Below are positions 10,115 to 20,874 of a stretch of 64,000 nucleotides of DNA, one piece after another. Position 1 is the first letter of the stretch. Each line of letters begins with the position of its first letter. The position numbers were made by a program, and so were the translations under genes. Under the pieces are notes generated by a model, which saw only the letters and a program-made list of their open reading frames with translations, was not told the DNA's origin and did not search any database. The DNA lies in NCBI GenBank assembly GCA_049852185.1, contig CP187540.1. One strand, written 5' to 3'. The stretch is from Methanocaldococcus sp. 28A. Lineage in GTDB: Archaea; AGJL01; Methanococci; Methanococcales; Methanocaldococcaceae.

Positions 10115-10780
10115 GAGTTTGGATAAAAAGTAATAAATAACAAAAATAAAGAGGGGGTGTATGGATATGAAGCGAAAAAAATGAAAGAGACCTATTATAA
10201 CGAATACGAAGTTATGGAGAGATATGAAGATAAGGATGTTTCTATGATAAAACAAGCTGTTTTTTCGATAGAGCCTCCATATAGATTAAAGAACGATTAG
10301 ACTGGGAAACCAGGTTATAATCCAAGAGCAATAGCAGTATTATTTAAAGATAAGATATTCGAAATCCAACGATTGGATTTTAAAGGAGCTTGGATTAGAT
10401 ACCTGTCATTGAAATCAACTATTTGTGGAAAAAGTAGTCCATATTTGAAGAAGCTGTTAGCTAATATAAGCGATATTTTATGCGTTTTAGCAGATAAAGG
10501 ATATGAATCGAAGTTAAACGCTCAATTAATTGCAGAAAAATCATCCAAGAAAATTTAAGAGTATTTATCGATTTAGAGTCAAAATCGAGGCTAATATACA
10601 TAGTCATGTAAAAATTACAACGCAATATTATTATGCTGTAAAGTCATACTTTAAAATACTATTCAATACATAAAAACTAAATTACTTCTATATGATTAAA
10701 AATAATTCATTTGCTCAAGAATCGAATTTATGGTTCTTAAATCTCGATTATAAAAAATTATATAGTTTATGACCAAACTC
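10115..10780 (+). mobile_element. Decayed DDE insertion sequence (IS5/IS4-like), internally deleted
   Basis: Imperfect TIRs GAGTTTGGATAAAA (10115) and TTTATGACCAAACTC (ends 10780); broken frames containing GKPGYNPRAI, VLADKGYES and YRFRVKIEA transposase-like motifs. Confidence 0.7.
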
Positions 10781-10803
10781 TTTTCTTTTTAAAAAGTTAA
10801 ATA

Positions 10804-11136
10804 TTAAAAGATTATCAAATTCCCTAATGCTAATATAACTAGCATTCCCATTAATGCTAAATGAGCTGAATATATTCCAGAATTTTGGTATTGAGTTTTT
10901 AATATATTACATATTGTGCTACATATTGTTAAGGGAGCTATTATTTGGAAAGCTATTGCTAAATATCCAACTATATTGTTATCTATGAATAATGAAGCTA
11001 AAGTTAATATAAAGGCTATTATTAAAGATATAAAGTGAGGCATTAATCTCATTCCTGTTAATCTAAATGTAGCAAATCCAGAGAACATTGCTCCAAATAT
11101 TATAGACAATGAAACTAATGTAACTACTTCATTCAT
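10804..11136 (-). CDS. Small four-TM membrane protein, function unknown
   Basis: 110 aa hydrophobic ORF, co-oriented with and close to the two upstream genes. Confidence 0.75.
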   Translation of the reverse strand: MNEVVTLVSLSIIFGAMFSGFATFRLTGMRLMPHFISLIIAFILTLASLFIDNNIVGYLAIAFQIIAPLTICSTICNILKTQYQNSGIYSAHLALMGMLVILALGNLIIF

Positions 11137-11148
11137 TTTATCCCTTAT

Positions 11149-11601
11149 TTATTTTTTTATTTTTTTGAATATTAATTTTACTTGATCTGATTGAGGAATA
11201 ATCTCATGTAACATTAATTTATATTCTTTGTTAATCTCATAGATATTAGAAAGTAGATATATATATGGACATACATAAGGAGCAGAATTTTCTTCCATTA
11301 ACTTTTTAAGAAATAAGTCAAGGGTAGGTTTTACAATTGTAAATATAACCTTATCATCTTTTTCTTCTATTATTAAATCCTCTGATAATCCAAATGTATT
11401 AACAAATAAATTAATTATGTCTTCTTTAGTCATGTTGTCATGTAAAAGTCCAATTTCCTTTAATAATTTAATTATTTCCTCAGATGCTCTTCTACCTATA
11501 ACCATACTTGCAGTACCTACGATATCACTAATTGCTTTATTTATTCCATAATATAATGCAGACACAAATACACTATCAATGTTCTTCTTCATAATTTTCA
11601 C
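11149..11601 (-). CDS. Hypothetical protein, possible V4R/H-NOX-like small-ligand-binding fold
   Basis: 150 aa with GGTGA RBS; IGRRAS..., PYVCPY pattern; the fold is an inference. Confidence 0.65.
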   Translation of the reverse strand: MKIMKKNIDSVFVSALYYGINKAISDIVGTASMVIGRRASEEIIKLLKEIGLLHDNMTKEDIINLFVNTFGLSEDLIIEEKDDKVIFTIVKPTLDLFLKKLMEENSAPYVCPYIYLLSNIYEINKEYKLMLHEIIPQSDQVKLIFKKIKK

Positions 11602-11606
11602 CTAAG

Positions 11607-12425
11607 TTATAACCATACGGGTCTAACATTTGGCTTTGATAGATAGTTTAAGAATGTTGGAGCTCCTGCAATCTCAAATCCATCTTCTAAGTTATTTTCA
11701 TTAATTCCTCTAAATTTTGCACTTAACTCACAAACATATATTTTTACTCCTCTTTTTAGAATGTCTCTAACTAAATCTCCAAGTTTTGGAAAGTCAGGAT
11801 GTTTAACTTTGTCACATTCACCCTTTAAACCTAAGCTTGCTCCATCCATCATTAAGAATATTGTTGGCTTTAAGTTCATTTTTAAAGCAACATCTGCCAT
11901 CATGAATGTTGCATAAGCCTTTTCAGCGTTTCCTGTTCCCGTTGTATTAATGATGAAAAGCTCATCAATTTTTGTTATTGCTGCAGTTTCTTCTTTCTTT
12001 TCTCCTTTCTTAACTAATATTCTGTAAGTTCCATCTCCTTTATCTTCAACTTTTAATATTTCATTCCCCATACCTTTTAATCCTTCTGTTAAATCAGTTA
12101 AAGCATTTTTTCCACAGATAATCTCTAATATTTCTCCATTCTTCATTTTTGATAACATGTCTGAGACCATCATTATAGGTCCTGGACATGTAGCACCTAC
12201 AACGTTAATAGTTTTATCTGCATGAATTTCCCCAACATAGATTTTAATTACATTTCCATCAACTTCATACTTTAAGTTATATTTTTTCAATAAATTTTCA
12301 ATATCTTTTATTTGCTCTTCCCCATCGGTTTCAACAACTAAAATTCCATCTTTTGTATCACTTAGAATCATGTCTATTAATAAAGAAGGACTTCTTAACC
12401 CTTTAACTTTAAACTTTCTTATCAT
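11607..12425 (-). CDS. TusA/SirA-DsrE fusion sulfur-carrier protein
   Basis: Degenerate TusA-like N-domain; TusA domain with VGATCPGP; DsrE domain (IFLMMDGA...GVKIYVCELSA..RG). Confidence 0.85.
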   Translation of the reverse strand: MIRKFKVKGLRSPSLLIDMILSDTKDGILVVETDGEEQIKDIENLLKKYNLKYEVDGNVIKIYVGEIHADKTINVVGATCPGPIMMVSDMLSKMKNGEILEIICGKNALTDLTEGLKGMGNEILKVEDKGDGTYRILVKKGEKKEETAAITKIDELFIINTTGTGNAEKAYATFMMADVALKMNLKPTIFLMMDGASLGLKGECDKVKHPDFPKLGDLVRDILKRGVKIYVCELSAKFRGINENNLEDGFEIAGAPTFLNYLSKPNVRPVWL

Positions 12426-12600
12426 TTATCTCACCACGTTCTAGTTATCCGCCTCCTACGATTTTTTCAATTATTCCAAAAGTAGTGGATAACTCCCCTA
12501 CCTCCCTACTTTATTGGCAGGTAATCAGGAAAGACGGAAACTCACAATATATTCGGCAGAATAGCACTCTCATTCGAGCTACTTTTCTCACATATTGGGA
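12426..12600 (-). promoter_or_regulatory. Candidate structured 5' leader (cis-regulatory RNA) with a Cys-containing uORF
   Basis: About 41% GC by hand count against much lower GC in the adjacent intergenic DNA; inverted repeats 12443-12450/12487-12494 and 12499-12503/12519-12523; uORF at 12573-12511. Confidence 0.5.
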
Positions 12601-12813
12601 CAACTATATAATTATATTAAATATATTATTTAAATTATTTTAGTTATATTAATTATTAACATTATTAAAACAAAATCAATAAAACTACCAAATACAAATT
12701 TTATGAAATTAGGATATTCATAGTTGTGTATTATCTACGAACAAACACAGATATATATTGACATAATATACTATTTACTAACATATATATAAACTTTTCT
12801 TTTATTATGAGGA

Positions 12814-12931
12814 GGTTGTCAAGATAAGAGAAGGAAGTGAAGGATTCAAGCCAACTAATAACGGTTGAGAATTTATTATTATTGAGGAATCCTTTATTTA
12901 CACCTACTTATTTATTTTTATCTTGACAACC
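12814..12931. mobile_element. 118-bp non-autonomous IS6-family derivative (MITE)
   Basis: TIRs GGTTGTCAAGATAA / TTATCTTGACAACC; both ends nearly identical to the 39057-39393 element. Confidence 0.85.
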
Positions 12932-13188
12932 CCTGTCCAGTTTATCTTTCCAAATCTATTTCGAATTACCAATTATTTTATCTTAGATTTAAAATAAATT
13001 TCATTCGATGGGAGAGTATTAAAATAATATTACTTTTTTATTTTTTCATACCAATTATGTCACTAATCTCTAACAAAAAAATAATTATTGTTCTCTTTTT
13101 CAGATTAAAAAGGTCAAAAATATTTTTATATTATTGAATACACTATATAATTTGACGACTAAAAATAAAAAATAAAATGCGAGGTGAG

Positions 13189-13512
13189 ATGGTGACAAAA
13201 ATAGCAATTTTAAGATGTGATAGTGCAGCAAAAACTTGCCCTGCAGTAGGTTGTGTAACAGCAGCATTAAACAAAAAGGATACATTTAAGGACTATGAGG
13301 ATATTGAGTTCTTAACTATAATAACATGTGGAGGATGTCCAGGAAGATTAGGATTGAATCAAATAAAGCAATTAATAGAAAAGTATGGATTGGAAGTGGT
13401 TCATTTTGCAACCTGCATGAGTGCATTAAAACCAAAATGCAGATATGCTGAAGAAATTAAGGAAGAGATTGAAAAGATGGGAGCAAAGGTTGTTATAGGC
13501 TCACACTTCTAA
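13189..13512 (+). CDS. CGGC domain metal-binding protein
   Basis: C..C...C N-terminus, TCGGCPG, VHFATC..C, VVIGSH. Confidence 0.88.
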   Translation: MVTKIAILRCDSAAKTCPAVGCVTAALNKKDTFKDYEDIEFLTIITCGGCPGRLGLNQIKQLIEKYGLEVVHFATCMSALKPKCRYAEEIKEEIEKMGAKVVIGSHF

Positions 13513-13946
13513 ATTAAAACTTTAATTTTAGTACTTAGGTAAACCCATATATTTAAATGGTAATATTTATAGACATAATAAAATATAAAGTTGATGATGA
13601 CCTAAATTATTAAATAACAATTCAAGATATATTAAAAAATAGTTAAATTAGATAATATTAAAAGATTTGATTTTGTGAATAATGAGCATTCCTTGTAATC
13701 ATCCTTGTATTTTTTGACAAAAAAGCAATTAAGGGAATAGATTGTGAAATAAAAAGCACATTATTTAAAATCACAGAAATATGAACACAAACTGTCTATC
13801 TAACTAAAATTTTAATTGAAATTTGTTAAATTTGTTAAAAATCTTTTTATATTATTTAACATTAATAAAATATTTAACCATCTGGATTATTCTCGTAAAG
13901 GATTAGCTCATAATTTAATAATTTAAATAATTTAATAGGTGAAAAT

Positions 13947-15593
13947 ATGAAATACAATCCAAGACCAACAAAAATGTTTTGCTTCCAATGCCAAGAAGCA
14001 GCAAGAAATGAGGGTTGTACAGTAGTAGGGGTTTGTGGTAAAAAAGATATAGTAGCAAACCTTCAAGATTTATTAATTTATACTATAAAAGGTTTATGCT
14101 ATACATGTAATAAAGCAAACTACTTAGATGATGAAGTTATGGAATATATTCCAAAGGCGTTATTTGTAACAATAACAAACGTCAATTTTGATGACCAAGA
14201 TGTGATAGATTGGATAAAGAAAGGAGTAGAATTGAGAGAAAAAGTTATTGAAAAAGCTAATTTAAATAAAGAAGAACTTCCCCACTGTGCTACATGGACT
14301 TATAACGATGAGAAAGACATAATAGAATTATCAAAAGCAAAGGAAGTTAGTGTTTTAGCAGAAGATAATGAAGATATAAGGTCTTTAAAAGAACTCATAA
14401 CTTATGGGATTAAGGGAATTGGGGCTTATTTAAGCCATGCAATGCATCTCGGTTATAATAATGAGGAAATCCACAAATTTATAGTTAAAGCAATGACAAA
14501 ACTCATTGAATGCAATGATGTAGATGAACTCTTCAATTTAGCAATGGAAACTGGTAAGTATGCAGTAGATACATTGGCATTATTAGATAAAGCAAACACT
14601 GAAACCTACGGACATCCAGAAATAACAGAAGTTAATTTAGGAGTTAGAGACAGACCAGGAATATTAATTAGTGGACATGATTTAAAAGATTTAGAGCAGT
14701 TATTAGAGCAAACTAAAGGAACTGGAGTTGATGTCTATACACACTGTGAGATGTTACCTGCCCATTATTATCCATTCTTCAAGAAGTATGAGCATTTCGT
14801 TGGAAACTACGGAGGTTCGTGGCCACACCAAACAGAAGAGTTTGAGAAATTTAACGGCCCAATAGTTATGACAACAAACTGTTTAGTTCCACCAAAAGAT
14901 TCATACAAAGATAGAGTTTATGTAACAAATGAAGTTGGCTACCCAGGATTGAAGAGAATTCCTGTAAGAGAGGATGGAACTAAAGATTTCTCAGAAGTCA
15001 TTGAACATGCTAAGAAATGTGTGCCACCAACACCACTTGAGGAAGGAAAAATCGTTGGAGGATTTGCACACAATCAAGTATTAGCATTGGCAGATAAGAT
15101 AATTGAAGCAGTTAAAAGCGGAAAGATAAGAAAATTCGTTGTAATGGCTGGATGTGATGGAAGACACAAGACAAGAGAATACTACACTGAATTTGCTAAG
15201 AAGTTACCAAAAGACACAGTTATATTAACATGTGGATGTGCAAAATACAGATTCATTAAGTTAGATTTAGGAGACATTGATGGAATTCCAAGGGTATTGG
15301 ATGCTGGGCAATGTAATGATAGCTATTCATTAGCAGTTGTTGCTTTGAAATTGAAAGAAGTCCTTGGATTAGATGACATAAATGAACTACCAATTGCTTA
15401 TAACATTGCATGGTATGAACAAAAAGCAGTTACTGTATTATTGGCATTACTCTACTTAGGTGTTAAGAATATAGTATTAGGCCCGACAATTCCTGCTTTC
15501 TTATCACCAAATGTAGTGAAAGTATTAGTTGAAAAGTTTGGAATATCAACAATCTCGACAGTTGATGAAGATATTAAGAGATTAGTTGGATAA
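13947..15593 (+). CDS. hcp: Hybrid cluster protein (prismane; hydroxylamine/NO reductase)
   Basis: [10 protein letters not shown]...[45 protein letters not shown]. Confidence 0.96.
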   Translation: MKYNPRPTKMFCFQCQEAARNEGCTVVGVCGKKDIVANLQDLLIYTIKGLCYTCNKANYLDDEVMEYIPKALFVTITNVNFDDQDVIDWIKKGVELREKVIEKANLNKEELPHCATWTYNDEKDIIELSKAKEVSVLAEDNEDIRSLKELITYGIKGIGAYLSHAMHLGYNNEEIHKFIVKAMTKLIECNDVDELFNLAMETGKYAVDTLALLDKANTETYGHPEITEVNLGVRDRPGILISGHDLKDLEQLLEQTKGTGVDVYTHCEMLPAHYYPFFKKYEHFVGNYGGSWPHQTEEFEKFNGPIVMTTNCLVPPKDSYKDRVYVTNEVGYPGLKRIPVREDGTKDFSEVIEHAKKCVPPTPLEEGKIVGGFAHNQVLALADKIIEAVKSGKIRKFVVMAGCDGRHKTREYYTEFAKKLPKDTVILTCGCAKYRFIKLDLGDIDGIPRVLDAGQCNDSYSLAVVALKLKEVLGLDDINELPIAYNIAWYEQKAVTVLLALLYLGVKNIVLGPTIPAFLSPNVVKVLVEKFGISTISTVDEDIKRLVG

Positions 15594-16048
15594 ATTTCCT
15601 AACACTTATTAAAACCTTTTCTATTAAAACTTTAATTTGTCTTATAAGTTAGTTTATTCTCCTACAGTAATCCGTTTCCCATTTCCATAGCATATCGTAA
15701 TATTTAATAATATACATCTTACCGATAATCCTTTTTAAACTATACAATAAAAAAATAAAAATTAAAAACTTACTTAGTGTTTTATATTCTCCCAAATATG
15801 TTTTAATTGTTGGATTATCTTTAGTCTACCAAATTTTTATTTTGAAAGTTGCTATTTATTTAATGTTTTTAAAATCTTTTATTGTTTTTTATTTTCTTAT
15901 TGTAATAGCAAGAATGTTTGGAGTTTATTTTAAGGTTACAAATTTTTAAAAGACAATAATTTAAATTATAATTTAGATTATATATAATAATAAAAAACAA
16001 AACTGTAAAACTTAGCTCTAAGATGTTTTTAATCTATTTGGTGAAATA

Positions 16049-17224
16049 ATGAAAATCATTGGAAAAATAGGAAAAGATAAAATAAAGATAGATGAAAAGA
16101 CTAAATTTTCAATAATTTTAGATAATGTTGCTAAAAAAGCTGATATAGCTGAGGGAAAAAGAGCTGTTGAAGATATAATTAGGGTTATTTATAGACATCA
16201 GCCAATATCTACAAAAAAGATTGGTCAAAAGACAAGATTGCCTTTACCAATAGTTGCTAAAGTGAGGACTATCTTAGAGAGAGAAAAAATATTAAAGAGG
16301 ACTGAAAGAGGAGCTGAGCTAACAGATTTAGGAATAGAATTTGCAGAGAATTTTTTAAAATTAAAGTATAAAAAATCTTTAGTATGTGATAGATGTAAGG
16401 GGAGGGGCATAGTTTTAGATGAATTTTTTGAAGATATTTTAAGTAAGGTTAGAGTTTGGGCTAAAAGAAGACCATTAGTTGATACAACAATAGACCAATC
16501 TTTTGCAACACCAGAGACATCAACATATAGAGCTGCTTTAATGTATGAAAGAGGGGATTTAGAAGGAAAGAGAATTCTATTTGTTGGAGATGATGACCTA
16601 ACATCTCTACCAACTGCTCTAACAAACATGGCTGAAGAAATAGCTGTTGTGGATATAGATGAGAGGATACTAAAGCTTATAGAAAAATTTTCACAAAAAG
16701 AAAATGTTAAGATTAAAACAATTAAACATGATTTAAGAAAACCTCTTCCTGAAAATTTAAAGGATAAGTTTGATGTAATCTCAACAGACCCGCCATATAC
16801 TGTTAATGGATTAAAGCTATTCTTATCAAGAGGGATTGAGGCATTAGGAAACGAGGGAGTAGCTTATTTGTCTTATTCTCACAAGCCAATAGATGAATGG
16901 CTCTCTATCCAAAAAGCAATTACTGATATGAATTTTGTAATTTCTGAGCTAATACCAAACTTTAATTATTATGAAGGTAGTGAGATAATTGCAAATACAA
17001 CATTTATAGCGAGATTAATTGGAAAAAATTTGAAAATAAATATTGGAGATACTGAAAAAATATACACTGGTTTAGTTAAGCCGGTTATAAGATATTACAA
17101 ATGCTTAAAATGTGGAAAAATCCATAAAGTTGGAGATAAAATAAAAAAAGTTGAGGATTTAATTTGTGAATGTGGAGCGAAAAAATTTAAAATGATTAAG
17201 AGAGAAAAGGTGAAAAATGGATAA
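16049..17224 (+). CDS. BpsA-like aminopropyltransferase/methyltransferase with N-terminal wHTH and C-terminal Zn ribbon
   Basis: CDRCKGRG, DQSFAT, FVGDDDLTS, DLRKPLP, TDPPYT, FLSRG; C-terminal CLKC...CECG. Confidence 0.75.
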   Translation: MKIIGKIGKDKIKIDEKTKFSIILDNVAKKADIAEGKRAVEDIIRVIYRHQPISTKKIGQKTRLPLPIVAKVRTILEREKILKRTERGAELTDLGIEFAENFLKLKYKKSLVCDRCKGRGIVLDEFFEDILSKVRVWAKRRPLVDTTIDQSFATPETSTYRAALMYERGDLEGKRILFVGDDDLTSLPTALTNMAEEIAVVDIDERILKLIEKFSQKENVKIKTIKHDLRKPLPENLKDKFDVISTDPPYTVNGLKLFLSRGIEALGNEGVAYLSYSHKPIDEWLSIQKAITDMNFVISELIPNFNYYEGSEIIANTTFIARLIGKNLKINIGDTEKIYTGLVKPVIRYYKCLKCGKIHKVGDKIKKVEDLICECGAKKFKMIKREKVKNG

Positions 17225-17439
17225 TTAAAATTAAAAAGCATAGTGTTCCGTTCTATTACTATACTCCAAAGTTAAAGTCCCTGATGAAACTATTCCTAAA
17301 AGTTTCGGGGAGAAGTTAAAAATGAATAATGTTTATATTTATAATATAGTATCTATGAATATGCACTAGGTATGCACAACCGGGTATTAAACATAACCAC
17401 ATTTAAATAATCAAATTTAACTAATAATCGAAATAGATT

Positions 17440-17864
17440 ATTAACAAAAAATTTTCTATATGTAAGGTAGTAATTATAGACTTATACGAACCATTACTAC
17501 TCTTTTCTTTTCTAAATTTGTGAATCGCATTTAAATCCAATCTTTTTTCATAATAGCCCTCAAAATGCGTATCTATCGATAGGTAAAATTTTTTATAGTT
17601 TTTTTAAATCGTTAATTATCTTTTTAACAAAAGATTTATAAACTTCTTTAAACATAGAATTATCTGCCTTATTTATATATCGATAGTAAGAGTCTGCCGA
17701 TAGATAATTTAGCTTACTAATAGTCTCTAAGTATGTGTTATTCGACATTACCTCTATAAGTCCTCTCGTATAATCTCTACTCGATAAATTCTTAGATTAA
17801 TTCGCAAAACTTTGTTTATAAATTCGTTAAATGAGTTTATAGCCAACAATCTTATGTCGTTCAT
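17440..17864 (-). pseudogene. Frameshifted transposase relic, ISH3-like
   Basis: RBS plus ATG at 17864; shifted frames give NNTYLETISKLNYLSADSYYRY...ILPID/THFEGYYE...K..GSY, resembling the ISH3 IDxHxxxYYG block; CpG-rich for this genome. Confidence 0.6.
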
Positions 17865-17979
17865 AGTTTTATTCTCTCCTATTTTTTTAGTAACTATCGA
17901 TATTATAAAATATTAACTTTTCTATTGATGATATAATGTTCGGAGATAGTGTATAAAAACTTAAGGGAAGGTGATTATT

Positions 17980-19224
17980 TTGATTTACACTGCATTTACA
18001 CCTTATGGAGCTTTTGGAATTAAGAATAATAAAGAAGTTAATAGCTTAGATGACATAGAATATAAAAAATTGTTTAATGAAGATGAAATTCCAAATATAA
18101 TGTTTAAATTAAAAACCCAACCAAATAAAATAATATATGAGCTAAAAGAGGAATGGGGAGATGAGATTAAATTAGAAACCCTTAGCGTTGAGCCATTTAA
18201 TATAGGAGATTTCTTAAGAAACAATTTATTTGATATTGGAAAGGAATTGGGATATTTCAATAATTATGAGGAATTTAGAAAGAAAATGCATTTTTGGAAC
18301 ACTGAACTAACAAAAAAAGTTATAAAAAGTTATGCACAACAAAAGGATAAAATCATTATTCAAGTTGCAGAAGCAATATCTGATTTAGATAAAACTCTAA
18401 ACTTATTATCTGAGAGATTGAGGGAGTGGTATTCTCTCTATTTCCCAGAGTTAGACCACTTAGTTAATAAACATGAAGTTTATGCCAACTTAGTAACTAA
18501 TCTAAAAAAGAGAGAAAACTTTACAAAGAGTCAGTTAAAAAAAATCCTTCCTTCACAATTGGCTGGGAAAATTGCTGAAGCAGCAAAGAATTCAATGGGA
18601 GGAGAATTAGAAGATTATGATCTAAACGCTATTGTTAAATTTGCTGAGGAAATATGCCATTTATATGAAAAGAGAAAAGAGCTATATAACTATTTAGAGA
18701 AATTGATGAATGAAGAAGCTCCAAACATTACCAAACTTGCAGGAGTGTCATTAGGAGCTAAATTAATTGATTTAGCTGGAGGGTTAGAAAAATTATCTAA
18801 GAAGCCTGCCTCAACAATACAAGTTTTAGGGGCTGAGAAAGCTTTATTTGCTCATTTAAGAACAGGAGCAGAACCTCCAAAGCATGGTATAATTTATAAT
18901 CACCCTTTAATTCAAGGTTCTCCACATTGGCAAAGAGGAAAAATTGCCAGAGCTTTAGCATGTAAATTAGCAATTGCTGCAAGAGCTGATTATGCTGGAG
19001 ATTACATAGCAGATGAACTCTTAGAAAAGCTAAATAAGAGGGTTGAAGAGATTAAGAGGAAGTATCCAAAACCTAAAAAGAAAAAGAAGAAAGAGAAACC
19101 TAAAGCAAAGAAAAAAGAAAAGAAAGATAAAAAAGAAAAACCTAAGAAAAAGAAAGGTAAGAAAAAAGACAAAAAAGGAAAAATGGAAAGAAAGGTTATA
19201 GGAAAAACAAAAAGTAGAAAATAA
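17980..19224 (+). CDS. nop5: C/D box sRNP protein Nop5 (Nop56/58)
   Basis: ERLREWYSLYFPEL, PASTIQVLGAEKALF, PKHGIIY, RGKIARALACK; Lys-rich tail. Confidence 0.95.
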   Translation: MIYTAFTPYGAFGIKNNKEVNSLDDIEYKKLFNEDEIPNIMFKLKTQPNKIIYELKEEWGDEIKLETLSVEPFNIGDFLRNNLFDIGKELGYFNNYEEFRKKMHFWNTELTKKVIKSYAQQKDKIIIQVAEAISDLDKTLNLLSERLREWYSLYFPELDHLVNKHEVYANLVTNLKKRENFTKSQLKKILPSQLAGKIAEAAKNSMGGELEDYDLNAIVKFAEEICHLYEKRKELYNYLEKLMNEEAPNITKLAGVSLGAKLIDLAGGLEKLSKKPASTIQVLGAEKALFAHLRTGAEPPKHGIIYNHPLIQGSPHWQRGKIARALACKLAIAARADYAGDYIADELLEKLNKRVEEIKRKYPKPKKKKKKEKPKAKKKEKKDKKEKPKKKKGKKKDKKGKMERKVIGKTKSRK

Positions 19225-19587
19225 TTAAATTTTAATGACTTTTTCTTTTTATTTTTGTTTATGTAATGGACGATTAAAGCATATATAATTCCATCAAGAA
19301 TCAATAAAATCATTGTTATTTTATCCATATTTTCCCATTATTTTTATTTTAATTGTTTATAATGTGTTTAATAAGGTAAATAAATTCTTATTAAGTGAAT
19401 AAACTTTCTGATATAAAATTTTTTTCTTATTAAATAACAATTCAATAAAATCATTTTATATTCCTCAAACTTTTCCCAACTTATAAAACTGTTAATGTAA
19501 TAAATCCCATCATTATTTAAATGCTTTCCAGAAAATAAGGCCTACCCTTATTTATCACCACACTAAATGGGCAGTGTTCTTTATTGA

Positions 19588-20762
19588 TTGGAGATTTACT
19601 TATTTTGGCTATTGTTACACTTTTTCACAAACATACGCTTCACTACTATTGGTGTTATTGTAGAGGTTATTATAGATAAAGTTACGATTGTTACGAATAG
19701 ACTGTTATCTATTAAACCAAGCTCTTTTCCAATTGAAGCCGCAACTAATGAGGCTGAAATTTTTGGAATTGTTAATAAACTTCCAAAAATACTTCTTAGC
19801 TTATCAAATTTTAGTAATTTTAAAGCAAATAAACCTGAAATAAATTTTAAAAATACTGCTGAAAATAATGTAATTAACAATAATTCTAAATTATTTAGAT
19901 TAAAGGCTACTCTAATATTAGTTTCCATTCCTAAAACTAAAAAGAATATTGGAATAAAAAATCCATAACCTATTGCGTTTAAATTTTTATTTAACAGTTC
20001 ATCATGCTCCTCTTTAGTTAAAGCTTCACTAACAGCAACTCCACATATAAAAGCTCCAACTATTGGATGAATTCCAAGGATTTCTCCAATCATTATGGTT
20101 ATAAATATAATAAATAAAACATAATGAATTCTCTGTGCATGAAGTTTTTCAAATATTCCAAGAATATACTTAGATACATAAGGAATAGCCAATAGTAACA
20201 CAACAATGTATAAAAATGCTTCTAATAAGAACATCCCTATATTGCTATCTCCAACACCTAATTTTATAACTACTGAAAGCAAGAGAAGTGTAAATAAATC
20301 AACCATAATTGTAGCACTTAATATTATAGTTCCTAATCTTGTTTTAACCATATTCAGCTCATTTAAAACCCCATAGACTATAGCTACAGAGTGTGAAGCA
20401 AAAATTACAGCATACAATAAACTTCCAATGAATCCTAATCCCAAATATTGTCCAATTAGATATCCACCAAATCCTGGAATTAACAAAGAAAATAGACATA
20501 AAATTAGTGAGTTTTTAAATTCTCCTCTTAAAGTTTCGTTATCTACTTCTAAGCCTGCTAAGAACATTAGCATAATTGCCCCAAGCTCTGCAAGCACTTT
20601 TAAAGTTACATCTAATTGAAGAATATTCAATCCATAAGGTCCTATAATCATTCCTGCAACCATTATTGATGTTATAGCTGGGATGTTAAATCTCTTTAAT
20701 AAGGCAGGCACAATAAAAATTATCGACAATACAATAAAAAATATATAATAATAGTTCTCCAT
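19588..20762 (-). CDS. Cation:proton antiporter (CPA2/NapA family)
   Basis: Reverse complement of this interval encodes the 388-aa protein MENYYYIFF... with LAELGAIMLMFLAGLE, ATIMVD and FFIPIFF; ATG at 20762 with GGTGAGG RBS; stop near 19596. Confidence 0.85.
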
Positions 20763-20874
20763 TACCTCACCATTAAAGATTATAATAGTAATTAATTTAA
20801 ATTAACTTAAATTTTAATTAAATTTAACATCCTTATAGTTGTTAATGTTTATTAATTTATCGCAGGTGATATAA

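Noticed and set aside
12443-12494. SAM-I riboswitch (UUAUC/GAUAA P1-like stem)
   Set aside because: The conserved AGAG, GAGGGA and GCAACC core elements are absent; kept only as an unclassified leader.
17276-17312. CTGATGA followed by a hairpin (hammerhead core or C box near nop5)
   Set aside because: No GAAA core after the putative stem II and no downstream CTGA D box at suitable spacing.
17225-17970. Possibility that this CpG-rich gap is reversed, shuffled or artefactual sequence
   Set aside because: Reverse-only and complement-only readings gave no ORF in the segments checked, while the true minus strand gives a frameshifted transposase.
19070-19223. Low-complexity purine-rich repeat
   Set aside because: It encodes the normal Lys/Glu-rich tail of Nop5.
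19002-19328. 108-aa minus-strand ORF
   Set aside because: Mostly antisense to the Lys-rich Nop5 tail; only the first ~35 codons could be a small gene remnant, with no support.
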